Source: a virus
Virus record (IMG/VR): IMGVR_UViG_3300033145_000529
Location: 84,198 to 148,197 of that record
DNA: 64,000 nucleotides
Reading direction: 5' to 3' (one strand)
Shown here: piece after piece, positions 10,612-18,970 of the stretch
Layout of the letters: each line of letters begins with the position of its first letter
Position numbering within the stretch: position 1 is the first letter of the stretch
Translations under genes and position numbers: made by a program
The notes under the pieces: generated by a model
The model's database searches: none
What the model was told of the DNA's origin: nothing
What the model saw: only the letters and a program-made list of their open reading frames with translations

Positions 10612-10844
10612 AGAGATTATTTATAGAGTGCTCCAGTTGTCATTATATAATCTTACCGAATCCAGAGAAGATTCCTGTACTTGTTGAAGTTTTGGACAGT
10701 AATAAACTTTACAAGTGTAAGAACTGCGATACTGTGATGGATTTTTATTCTATCCATATTTGTTATAGAGACCTCACTGACGAATGTAACGATTGCAGAT
10801 TCCGTTTCTTATGTTACACAAACGATGCCACAAAAAAGGCTTGA
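10608..10844 (+). CDS. Small Cys-rich protein with C-terminal CxxCxxRFxCxT module
   Basis: CYRDLTDECNDCRFRFLCYT. Confidence 0.7.
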   Translation: MKRLFIECSSCHYIILPNPEKIPVLVEVLDSNKLYKCKNCDTVMDFYSIHICYRDLTDECNDCRFRFLCYTNDATKKA

Positions 10845-10869
10845 CTTATTGATTGGCTTATGATACAAT
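10841..10869 (+). promoter_or_regulatory. Sigma70-type promoter with extended -10
   Basis: TTGACT-N17-TACAAT with TATG. Confidence 0.75.
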
Positions 10870-10886
10870 AGTAGGAGAAGTGGTAA

Positions 10887-11144
10887 ATGTTTAATAATAT
10901 TAAGAATGCATATAGGGTTTTGACTAATAAATTATATGAACAATACGAACATCATGGAAGTGTTGTTTGGGTTAGAAAGGACTTAAAAGGTAAGCATAGA
11001 GATTATTGTCTTTGTCATAGTTGCGAGAGGTTTAAACCCGCAGAAAAAAATTGTGTGACTGCTAATCTAGTGTTTGCTGTATGTAAAGAATGTGATATGG
11101 TTCTACCAGTTTGGGAATGCCCTTTCTTTGCTAAAAAGGCTTGA
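10887..11144 (+). CDS. Cys-rich hypothetical protein
   Basis: Lies between two promoters; CLCHSC..C..WECP. Confidence 0.65.
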   Translation: MFNNIKNAYRVLTNKLYEQYEHHGSVVWVRKDLKGKHRDYCLCHSCERFKPAEKNCVTANLVFAVCKECDMVLPVWECPFFAKKA

Positions 11145-11169
11145 CAACTAGTCTTTTATGTGGTATAAT
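11141..11169 (+). promoter_or_regulatory. Sigma70-type promoter with extended -10
   Basis: TTGACA-N17-TATAAT with TGTG. Confidence 0.85.
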
Positions 11170-11180
11170 ATAAGTAGAGA

Positions 11181-11630
11181 ATGAAGAAATTAGTAAAATG
11201 TATAGATTGTGGTGTGGAGAGGTTGGTAAGAATTAGGAATGGTAAACCTGTTCATGAAAGATGTTGTAAATGTTCAAACGAATTGAAAGCGATGTTTGGT
11301 GAGAGTAACCCTAATTGGAGGGGTGGACGTATTGAACACGATGGTTATACTATGATTAGGGTTTATCCTGAAGATAGGTTTTATTGTATGGTAAAATCAG
11401 AATCATTTCCCTATGTTATGGAGCATCGTTTATTACTGGCTGAGTCTATTGGTAGACCATTGAGACCAGATGAGAAGGTTCACCATGATAATGAGCTACG
11501 GAAGGATAATAGAGTGGCTAACTTTGAATTGACAGATAATGGTGGTCATGCTGTCATTCATAATTTGGGGCATCATCCCAAAGCAAATCGGATTCCACCA
11601 AATAATTTTGGTAAGAGGTACAATAAGTGA
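11181..11630 (+). CDS. HNH homing endonuclease
   Basis: NPNWRGG, YVMEHRL, GRPLRPDEKVHHDNELRKDNRVANFEL. Confidence 0.85.
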   Translation: MKKLVKCIDCGVERLVRIRNGKPVHERCCKCSNELKAMFGESNPNWRGGRIEHDGYTMIRVYPEDRFYCMVKSESFPYVMEHRLLLAESIGRPLRPDEKVHHDNELRKDNRVANFELTDNGGHAVIHNLGHHPKANRIPPNNFGKRYNK

Positions 11631-11905
11631 AAATTAGTCAGGCATTACAAGCACAAAAAGCTCTCAATGCGGAGATTTCACACTTGAGAGGGTTAGAGTC
11701 CCAAAAAGCATGGTCGTATAGGTCATTAGAGACACCTAACGCTGAAATGAAATCAAATTTTGATTTTGACAAGAACCATGAGACCATCAAGAAACTGTCC
11801 CGTTTGCACACAAAGCTTGGACAGGCAATTTCGAGAACGAATCTTGAGTTGGACTGTATTGGTCTTGATGTAAAGGACCTTGTGGAACTGGGGGAGTGGA
11901 TCTAA
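11627..11905 (+). CDS. Small helical protein (weak resemblance to DIP1984-like family)
   Basis: MKISQAL..K.L..EI..L and C-terminal AISRTN pattern. Confidence 0.55.
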   Translation: MKISQALQAQKALNAEISHLRGLESQKAWSYRSLETPNAEMKSNFDFDKNHETIKKLSRLHTKLGQAISRTNLELDCIGLDVKDLVELGEWI

Positions 11906-11921
11906 AGTCTACTTCTCTACC

Positions 11922-12075
11922 AGCCTACTGATGGGGGAATTGTAGATTTTTGCACTGTTACAGTTATCTACTGTGTAGCACATCGGTAAAGAGGCGAAGC
12001 AGAAGGGTTTCTCGTGTATGCGTGTAATTGTGTATTCGTGTTTAGCGAGAATCTCTCTTCTTTCCACAGTAGGCT
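11922..12075 (+). ncRNA. Putative structured ncRNA
   Basis: Closing stem AGCCTACTG/CAGTAGGCT, internal hairpins, four tandem 8-mers in a loop; ends 4 nt before tRNA-Gly. Confidence 0.6.
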
Positions 12076-12079
12076 CAAT

Positions 12080-12155
12080 GCGTCTATAGTGTTTAATGGT
12101 TTTAGCACATCACGCTTCCAACGTGATAGTCAGAGTTCGAATCTCTGTAGACGCT
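12080..12155 (+). tRNA. tRNA-Gly(TCC)
   Basis: Cloverleaf; TCACG-CTTCCAA-CGTGA; GTTCGAATC. Confidence 0.92.
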
Positions 12156-12159
12156 CGAA

Positions 12160-12639
12160 ATGATTGGAGCAGTAGGTTATTGGGAGTCAAATGAGCGAAG
12201 TCCCTTTTCTGGTCGAATAGCGGATTTTGGACGTTGGGTTAATCAGTTGTATGCCTTTGGGCTAGATGCATTGCTTCTAATTGGAGCTGAGGGAGCAAAA
12301 ACACTTGGGTCAGTACAATCTGGTGCAGTTGTTGTCAGTTGGATGCAAAAATTAGAAGAAGCATCAATTACTTATCCCCAAGCAACAAGGGTTTTTGTGG
12401 AGCACAGAGGAATAATTCCAGGAGATATCAAGTATGAATTTCTCCATAATTTTAATCATCCACAAGGAGATGTAATTTATTTCTTTGGTGCGGATTCAAT
12501 GGTAACTGGTTTACCTGTAATTACAAAAAAAGATAAAGTTGTAACTATTTCATATCCGCATGAGGATGTCGCTCTATATGCTCAAGAGGCGTTGACTTGT
12601 GTCTTATATGATAGGATGGTAAAGAGTTTAAGTGGTTAA
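12160..12639 (+). CDS. SPOUT (SpoU/TrmL-like) RNA methyltransferase-like protein
   Basis: FLHNFNHP..VIYFFGADS..GLP..VVTISYP..LYAQEALTCVLYDR. Confidence 0.6.
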   Translation: MIGAVGYWESNERSPFSGRIADFGRWVNQLYAFGLDALLLIGAEGAKTLGSVQSGAVVVSWMQKLEEASITYPQATRVFVEHRGIIPGDIKYEFLHNFNHPQGDVIYFFGADSMVTGLPVITKKDKVVTISYPHEDVALYAQEALTCVLYDRMVKSLSG

Positions 12640-12916
12640 AAGGTTGAAAGAAATCCAAATTCGACCTAAAATAGCGGAACATGACTTCCAAACTAAGCTT
12701 CGTGCAATAAGAAGAATTTTGACCAGGAGCGAGGTTAAAGTTCAAATTTTCTTTCGTGGCAGGGAATTTACTCACCTCGAAATTGGAATTAATCTATTGC
12801 GTAGAGTTATCGAAGAGACTAGGGATATCGCTAAGGTAAAGGCAAGGCACGAGAAGGACAACCGATTTTTTATTATTTTGGTGTCCAATGGTCAAGAAAC
12901 CTTGCGAACAGTATGA
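12632..12916 (+). CDS. infC: Translation initiation factor IF-3, C-terminal domain only
   Basis: KEIQIRPKIAEHDFQTK, VKVQIFFRGREFTH. Confidence 0.9.
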   Translation: MVKRLKEIQIRPKIAEHDFQTKLRAIRRILTRSEVKVQIFFRGREFTHLEIGINLLRRVIEETRDIAKVKARHEKDNRFFIILVSNGQETLRTV

Positions 12917-13208
12917 AATAGATAAGAGTATTTGTCCCGAACCTGGGAATTGTTTTAAGTGCCAAATTAGTAAGGCAGATTGTTCTTATTGGTGGATGGT
13001 GGAAGCTATGAGTGTTGTATCTGAGCAGTATTTTTATAAATGTAATAATTGTGGTGAGTTTTTTAGTAGTTCACAAAAAGTGAAATCACCTGGTGCTTTG
13101 CTATCACTTCCTGGAGCATTTGTTAAATGTCCCAAATGTGGGAGCAAGGATATAGATGAAAGTGAGGATATAGATGACAAACCATCTAGTGACCATACTT
13201 GGGGGTAA
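12888..13208 (+). CDS. Zinc-ribbon protein
   Basis: YKCNNCG..VKCPKCGS. Confidence 0.6.
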   Translation: MVKKPCEQYEIDKSICPEPGNCFKCQISKADCSYWWMVEAMSVVSEQYFYKCNNCGEFFSSSQKVKSPGALLSLPGAFVKCPKCGSKDIDESEDIDDKPSSDHTWG

Positions 13209-13548
13209 GATAATTATGGGTGTTTATGATATGTTACCAAAAGGTAGTCAAGTAAAACTTTGGTCTAGCGAGATGGAAATCAAACGAGTAGGAGACGCTG
13301 TTCCCGATTATGGTTTGGATAGGTATGCTGTTCTTCTACGTGAGGGTGGTCATGTTCTGGTGGAAAAAGGTACAATCACCAAGATTATAGAAAACCATGG
13401 AAGGAAATATTACTACCCCGAAGATTTCCCCAACATTATCTGTTTTGATAAATGGGGATGTGAAATAGGTTCTCGTAGTGATTTAATTGGACAATTCCAA
13501 GGAATGATGGGAATGGATGACCCATATTATTTTAGGAGTAAAGAGTGA
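13174..13548 (+). CDS. Hypothetical protein (start probably 13216)
   Basis: In-operon ORF. Confidence 0.55.
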   Translation: MTNHLVTILGGKIIMGVYDMLPKGSQVKLWSSEMEIKRVGDAVPDYGLDRYAVLLREGGHVLVEKGTITKIIENHGRKYYYPEDFPNIICFDKWGCEIGSRSDLIGQFQGMMGMDDPYYFRSKE

Positions 13549-13961
13549 AATACTGGTCTAATGTTTGCGTTGAAGGTCATTGTTTTGGAGAACAGGATAA
13601 AAACGGGAATAACCCATGTGGTAGGAGTGTTCCCTCATCTTTCTGTCTTGGCAATGGGAGAACTAAAGTTTGCCCTCATTTTGCTTGGTCTGATGCTACT
13701 GAGCGTGATGTAGCACGCTTTGTTCGTATCCGCTATATACTAAAGGATAGAATGGGTATATGGGCTGAGGAAGTCTGGTGTGAGCTACAATGGTGGTTTT
13801 GGGATAGGCTTTGGTTCAACAGACGCAAAGTTGATGAATTTTTTAACAATATAAAAGTAATTGATGACAATGACCCTTGTAGGCAAAGTTGGAAAGAGGA
13901 AGAACGTAAACAGCAAGAGAAATTCGAGAAGTGGTTTCCAAAGGCTAAGAAAGAGTGGTAA
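13545..13961 (+). CDS. Hypothetical protein
   Basis: In-operon ORF, RBS AGGAG. Confidence 0.55.
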   Translation: MKYWSNVCVEGHCFGEQDKNGNNPCGRSVPSSFCLGNGRTKVCPHFAWSDATERDVARFVRIRYILKDRMGIWAEEVWCELQWWFWDRLWFNRRKVDEFFNNIKVIDDNDPCRQSWKEEERKQQEKFEKWFPKAKKEW

Positions 13962-13967
13962 ATTGTA

Positions 13968-14231
13968 ATGCCTATTTATGAGTACATTTGTAGTGGGTGT
14001 GGTAAAGAGTTTGAGGAGAGAGTGACTGAATTTAAACCATTGGGTCGTTGCCCATTCTGCAAAAGAAGTAAACTGAGGCAAAAATGGTCTGTTCCAACTG
14101 CTATCTACAGAGGTTCTGGGTTTGCTACCACAGAAGCTAGGGGTATAACTGGTAGAAAGCGTAGACCGAACATAAGAGTTGGAAATGTGAGTGATTTACC
14201 ATCAGAGGAACGAGAGAAGTGTGTTGGATAA
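13968..14231 (+). CDS. FmdB-family zinc-ribbon protein
   Basis: MPIYEYICSGCG..CPFC..YRGSGF. Confidence 0.85.
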   Translation: MPIYEYICSGCGKEFEERVTEFKPLGRCPFCKRSKLRQKWSVPTAIYRGSGFATTEARGITGRKRRPNIRVGNVSDLPSEEREKCVG

Positions 14232-14805
14232 ATGGAAGGTAAGTCTAGTTTTAGTAGAAGGTGATGTTCAACGTAAATTAGTTAAGTCAATTATTGAGAA
14301 TTATCATTCTTACATTCCAACATATAAGTCAGTTGGTAGAAGGATTGATTGGCTTATTTTATATGATAATGAGATTATAGGAATGATAGGAATTGGGTCA
14401 TCTACTTACCCACCATCAAAGGATTTATTAGCTTATTTAAATGTGTCCAAGTCTGAATATAGAAATTTATTTAATACTATTGCTAATAATTGGAGATTTT
14501 GTTTAATTAAACAAATAAAGAATATTGGAACAGTTATACTAAAGAAACTAAGAAGACTTGCACCCATAGAGTGGAAAAAGAAGTATGGGAATGATTTGAA
14601 ATATTTAACAACTTTTGTTGGTGGTGGACATAATGGTGCTGTCTATAGAGCTGATAATTGGAGCTTTATTGGACAAACATCTGGACTTCCTCCTCACAAA
14701 AGTAGCTCGATGAAATGGAATTCAGCGAAGGAACTAAAGACTTTGTTTGTAAAACCTACGGGTGAGAATAAAAAATTAATTTTTATAACAACGCTATCAA
14801 AGTGA
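14191..14805 (+). CDS. Mom/DUF4338-like putative DNA-modification protein
   Basis: HSY..VGRRIDW, NNWRF, HNGAVYRADNWSFIGQT. Confidence 0.65.
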   Translation: MIYHQRNERSVLDKWKVSLVLVEGDVQRKLVKSIIENYHSYIPTYKSVGRRIDWLILYDNEIIGMIGIGSSTYPPSKDLLAYLNVSKSEYRNLFNTIANNWRFCLIKQIKNIGTVILKKLRRLAPIEWKKKYGNDLKYLTTFVGGGHNGAVYRADNWSFIGQTSGLPPHKSSSMKWNSAKELKTLFVKPTGENKKLIFITTLSK

Positions 14806-14953
14806 GAAGTGTAAAAAGCAAGAATTACTAGAGGCTAAGGAAGAATATAAAAAGCTCAAAAGCCTTCACAAGTATGCTACGAGAGAAGTTAATTGAAGCA
14901 CAGAAACCTTAGATAGTTTGTTGTAAGTAACCAATATGTGCCCGTGATTAGGC

Positions 14954-14982
14954 TTGACATCCTGCTTGGCTTGTGGTATAAT
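14954..14982 (+). promoter_or_regulatory. Sigma70-type promoter with extended -10
   Basis: TTGACA-N17-TATAAT with TGTG. Confidence 0.85.
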
Positions 14983-15019
14983 AAAGGTAGAATTAGAGTA
15001 TTCTAACTAAAGGAAAGGA

Positions 15020-15280
15020 ATGGAAATGATGGAACTTTTGGAAACCAAAAATAAAAACTATGACCAAGTATTATTTAAAGTGGTTGCAGATGCAAAGGTA
15101 TGTTTAGTATGCCAAAGACTTCTAACTTTTGACCATTTTAGTAATGATAAGTCACGTACCAGAGATGGTCATAAGACAATTTGTGCAGATTGTATGAAAA
15201 AGGGTATCAAACATTATGACCCACTTGACCATGAAACACAGATAATTATTGCCAGGAAGTACTGTAGAACAAATGAATGA
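15020..15280 (+). CDS. Small Cys-containing protein resembling a homing-endonuclease N-terminus
   Basis: KVCLVC..F..DK..RDGHKTICADC. Confidence 0.55.
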   Translation: MEMMELLETKNKNYDQVLFKVVADAKVCLVCQRLLTFDHFSNDKSRTRDGHKTICADCMKKGIKHYDPLDHETQIIIARKYCRTNE

Positions 15281-16215
15281 ATAAGGATAAATTGCGAGAA
15301 AAATTACTGGTTGCCAAGGGGCAGTACGTAGATAAAAATGCGGACAGATTGGTCAAGATAAAACCTATTTGGGATAAGGTTCAGTCCGCTGTCCCCAAAG
15401 TCGAGGCATTAGAGCCGTATATTGAGTTTTGTACTAATAATGATTTGTGGTGGTATGGTAGAGTATCTGTAAGTAGTGCCCCATTGTCTGGTGAGGTGGG
15501 TAGGCGTATTCATTATCTTGTTCGTGATAAGAAAACAGGATTTATCCTTGGGGTTGTTGGGTTAGCCTCTGATTTAACTATTCCTATTAGAGATAAATAT
15601 ATTGGTTGGACAAATGATAACAAGTGGAAGGGTAAACGTATGAATTATCTAATGAATGTCCAACATTGCGTGGCAACTCCAGAACTAAGCAATTATTTAA
15701 CTGGCAAATTGTGTGCCCTATCTGTTTTGAGTAGTGAAGTACAAGGTTATTTTGAACAAAAATATAGTCACCCTCTTGCTATGATGACGGTAACTTCCTT
15801 GTTTGGTAAGAGTTCTATGTATAATAGATTAGAAGGGTTTGAGTATCTTGGGACAACAAAAGGTTATTCATCTATACTTATTCCCCTTGAAGTAAAACAA
15901 CAAATGCGGGATGATTATAAACGAGAAAAAGGTAAATATTCAGAAATCTATTACAATGAAGATGGTTCAGTCCGTGAAAAATATGGGGTCGTAAAAGGTT
16001 ACCAAAAACTTTCTAAGTATGGGAAGGTTCAAAGCGTAGAGAATTTTCGTGGGGTATACGTTATTCCTCTATCGTTTAACTATAGAGAATTCTTACGGCA
16101 AGAAACTGATAAGTTGAACAAGATTGAACATAAAACATTTGAAGAATTATTTATTTATTGGAAAGATAGATGGATGCTACCACGATACCAAAGAATAGTT
16201 AATGGCGAAATATGA
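15277..16215 (+). CDS. DUF4338 / DruA-like protein
   Basis: VGRRIHYLVRDK, RDKYIGW, GKLCA, TVTSLFGKSSMYNRL, YLGTTKG. Confidence 0.75.
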   Translation: MNKDKLREKLLVAKGQYVDKNADRLVKIKPIWDKVQSAVPKVEALEPYIEFCTNNDLWWYGRVSVSSAPLSGEVGRRIHYLVRDKKTGFILGVVGLASDLTIPIRDKYIGWTNDNKWKGKRMNYLMNVQHCVATPELSNYLTGKLCALSVLSSEVQGYFEQKYSHPLAMMTVTSLFGKSSMYNRLEGFEYLGTTKGYSSILIPLEVKQQMRDDYKREKGKYSEIYYNEDGSVREKYGVVKGYQKLSKYGKVQSVENFRGVYVIPLSFNYREFLRQETDKLNKIEHKTFEELFIYWKDRWMLPRYQRIVNGEI

Positions 16216-16720
16216 ATGGAACTAAAGTTACAGAAAATGAAGTTAAGTTGTGGCAACAAAAAGCAGATGAGGGTTTATCTGCCAGGAAGATAGGTAACCT
16301 CTTTGGCAGACAACATAGTACAGTTCTTTCTTATGTTGACATCCCCAAAGAAAATTCAGTGCTACATCAAGCACATCGTGGTACGCATTAGTCTAAATAT
16401 GCTGATATGAGTGAGGAAGAAATCGAAGTAACTACTTTCGGTGAAACCGAAAAGCAGTTTATCAGATATACGGTTTGTGGTCGTGGTGAGGTAATTGACG
16501 AACCTCATAGATGTGGTTTCTACGATTAACGGAACGGAAGTAGTTAATATATACAAATGTAAGGACAAATTATATTTACATAGGGTGTGGTTCTCCTTTT
16601 GGTAACCCACTTGTTGTTGGCAAAGATGGGACAAGAGGAGAAGTCATAGAGAAGTATAGGAGTTACTTTAAGGGTAAACTTGAAGACCCGATGTTTGCAC
16701 TTATGGTTTCTCGTTTGTAA
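16212..16720 (+). pseudogene. Decayed HTH-bearing homing endonuclease
   Basis: MNGTKVTENEVKLW..GRQHSTVLSYV parallels MNGKPVKQDEIDLW..GRSTATIYKYV at 18142; downstream frame broken. Confidence 0.55.
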
Positions 16721-16761
16721 ACCACAAGCTTGTCATGGAGATGTTATAAAGGAATATTTGG

Positions 16762-17568
16762 ATGGTTCTTAGCATAAGAGAGCATGATAAAGTTGAGTGT
16801 ATTGATTTTGTTCAGGCTCATCATTATTCAAAAGTAATGCCAAAGTTAACTAAACACTATTTAGGTTTGTTCAATGGTGAGGAGCTTGTGGGGGTTGTTA
16901 CGTTAGGATGGGGGACTCAACCATTAGCTACTATTAATAAGCTATTTCCTGGTTACACTACTAAAGATTACTATGAGCTTGGCAAACTATGTGTTCACGA
17001 TAAAATGCCACGCAATACAGAAAGTCAGTATATTTCACTTCTGATTAAATGGTTGAAAGATAACACCGATAAGAAATTGCTTTACACGTTAGCTGATGGG
17101 GTTGTTGGAAAGGTAGGATATGTTTATCAAGCTAGTAATTTCTATTATGGTGGGTTCTTTTGGACTGATGTTTATATCGGGGTAGATGGCGAAAAGATTC
17201 ATCCTAGATCCGCAAGACAATTATGTAAAGAAAATGCTGAATTTGTGGGTAAGGATATGGTGTTCTGGTTAACTCCTGAGTATATGCAGGTGAAGGGGAT
17301 AAGAAGGATAAGAGGAAAGATGTATCGTTATGTTTATCCTCTTAATAAGAAAATTAGAAAAGAAGTAGAGGCAAGAGGATGGAATAGGGAGTATCCTAAA
17401 GATGGCTCATTGGTGTGGAGAGAACAAGTAGCAAAAAATAAGTATGTGGTATTACCTGAAATTCCACAATTTGCATTAGATGTAGTTAATGTTAATGCTA
17501 ACAATGTCAATAGGCATAGGAAGGAGAGGAGAGGACGTGAGAAAAATAATTGGTTACCATTATACTAA
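16762..17568 (+). CDS. Mom-like adenine-modification (GNAT-fold) protein
   Basis: HHYSKVMP, LGWGTQP, YELGKLC..MPRNTES, LADG..GYVYQASNFYYGG. Confidence 0.75.
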   Translation: MVLSIREHDKVECIDFVQAHHYSKVMPKLTKHYLGLFNGEELVGVVTLGWGTQPLATINKLFPGYTTKDYYELGKLCVHDKMPRNTESQYISLLIKWLKDNTDKKLLYTLADGVVGKVGYVYQASNFYYGGFFWTDVYIGVDGEKIHPRSARQLCKENAEFVGKDMVFWLTPEYMQVKGIRRIRGKMYRYVYPLNKKIRKEVEARGWNREYPKDGSLVWREQVAKNKYVVLPEIPQFALDVVNVNANNVNRHRKERRGREKNNWLPLY

Positions 17569-17724
17569 TAAGGAACTTCTTAACTTTTTTGGGATCGGTG
17601 AGGATTACGTTATACGAAGTGTTTTGGTGATAGAGGCAGATGATGATGAATCTGCTTCATATTGGTCAATAGAGGCAACGATTGAGGAAGTACCTAAGCG
17701 AAGGGGGAAGAGTAAGGAGAGGGT

Positions 17725-18723
17725 ATGTTCGGGGCAATAGGTACAATAACAGTTCTCTGTTTAGCGTTTGGGTTGGTTGCTTATTTTGCAATTAAGTATA
17801 TTCGTGAAGTTGCGAAGGTAAGAACTATTGAGCAAGAACATCGGATTGACATAAGAGAGCAACGAACAGATGCGGTTAAGAGGAGTCGTTCAGTAATCGA
17901 GGGGCAAGTGGCAGAACAACTTGTACCGCATTTCCCTGAGTGGAAATATGTTCCTTCAGAAGCCAGATTTCTAGCATCACCCCTTGATTACGTTGTTTTC
18001 GAGGGGTTGTCTAAGGATGAAGTAGATAGTATTAAATTTGTTGAAGTTAAAACTGGTAAAGGTAAACCAAACAAACGCCAAATTAGTACGAGAAAAGCGA
18101 TTGAGGATGGTAGAGTAGGTTATGAATTATTAGAGGTAGATATGAATGGCAAACCTGTAAAACAAGATGAAATAGATTTATGGATTGATAGAGCTAGTGT
18201 TGGAAAAACTATTGATGAGGTATCATTAGAATTTGGCAGAAGTACAGCAACAATATATAAGTATGTGCCAAAGGGGGTTTTTAATTCCAGTGGTGGACTG
18301 CGGAATGGTAAGAAGGTAATTTTATCTGACATTGATTCTGCTTATTTGGCTGGTATTATAGATGGGGAAGGTAGTATTGGGTTGTCTAAGTTAAACAGAA
18401 AAGGTAGAACATTTATTAGTCCAGTAATAACTATAACAAACACTAGCAAAAATTTAGTTGATAAAGTGTCATCAATCTATCCTAATGGCACTTGGAGAAC
18501 GAGGCAGAGGTCGTACAAGAATAAACCTATTAACGAATGGGTGTTAAATAAGACTAATAATGTAGCAGATTTGCTTCAACAAATAATACCTCATTTATCT
18601 GCTAAATTAGACAAAGCTAATTTGGTTTTAGATTTTTGTAAATATAGGCAAGAGAAAAAACCCTATTCAGAGATAGATTTGGAGTTTTTCAATAAACTTG
18701 AGGAGATTAAAAATGAGAAATAG
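17725..18723 (+). CDS. Holliday-junction-resolvase-related endonuclease fused in frame to an HTH-LAGLIDADG homing endonuclease
   Basis: TM helix, SRSVIEGQVAEQLVP, RFLASPLDYVVF, FVEVKTG; then YLAGIIDGEGSI. Confidence 0.8.
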   Translation: MFGAIGTITVLCLAFGLVAYFAIKYIREVAKVRTIEQEHRIDIREQRTDAVKRSRSVIEGQVAEQLVPHFPEWKYVPSEARFLASPLDYVVFEGLSKDEVDSIKFVEVKTGKGKPNKRQISTRKAIEDGRVGYELLEVDMNGKPVKQDEIDLWIDRASVGKTIDEVSLEFGRSTATIYKYVPKGVFNSSGGLRNGKKVILSDIDSAYLAGIIDGEGSIGLSKLNRKGRTFISPVITITNTSKNLVDKVSSIYPNGTWRTRQRSYKNKPINEWVLNKTNNVADLLQQIIPHLSAKLDKANLVLDFCKYRQEKKPYSEIDLEFFNKLEEIKNEK

Positions 18724-18970
18724 ATGGTTTAGGAGAACATTTGGGATTGGTAGAGGACAAATGGTTATGTTACAAGGGGTAGACCAATTTGGTATGCCGA
18801 GGTGTTCCTTCTCTCAAGGTACAGGCAAAAATCAAGGAGATAAACCAGGGGTGGGTCCTGGTGGCAAGTGTGTTTGTCCCGATTGTGGAGCAAAGGTTGC
18901 ACATACTGTAAATACTCCTTGTAATCAAATGAAATGCCCTAAATGTGGGGCTACTATGACAAGGGAATAA
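18698..18970 (+). CDS. Small Cys-rich protein (GPGGxCVCPxCG type)
   Basis: GPGGKCVCPDCG..H..PCNQMKCPKCG..MTRE. Confidence 0.7.
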   Translation: MRRLKMRNRWFRRTFGIGRGQMVMLQGVDQFGMPRCSFSQGTGKNQGDKPGVGPGGKCVCPDCGAKVAHTVNTPCNQMKCPKCGATMTRE

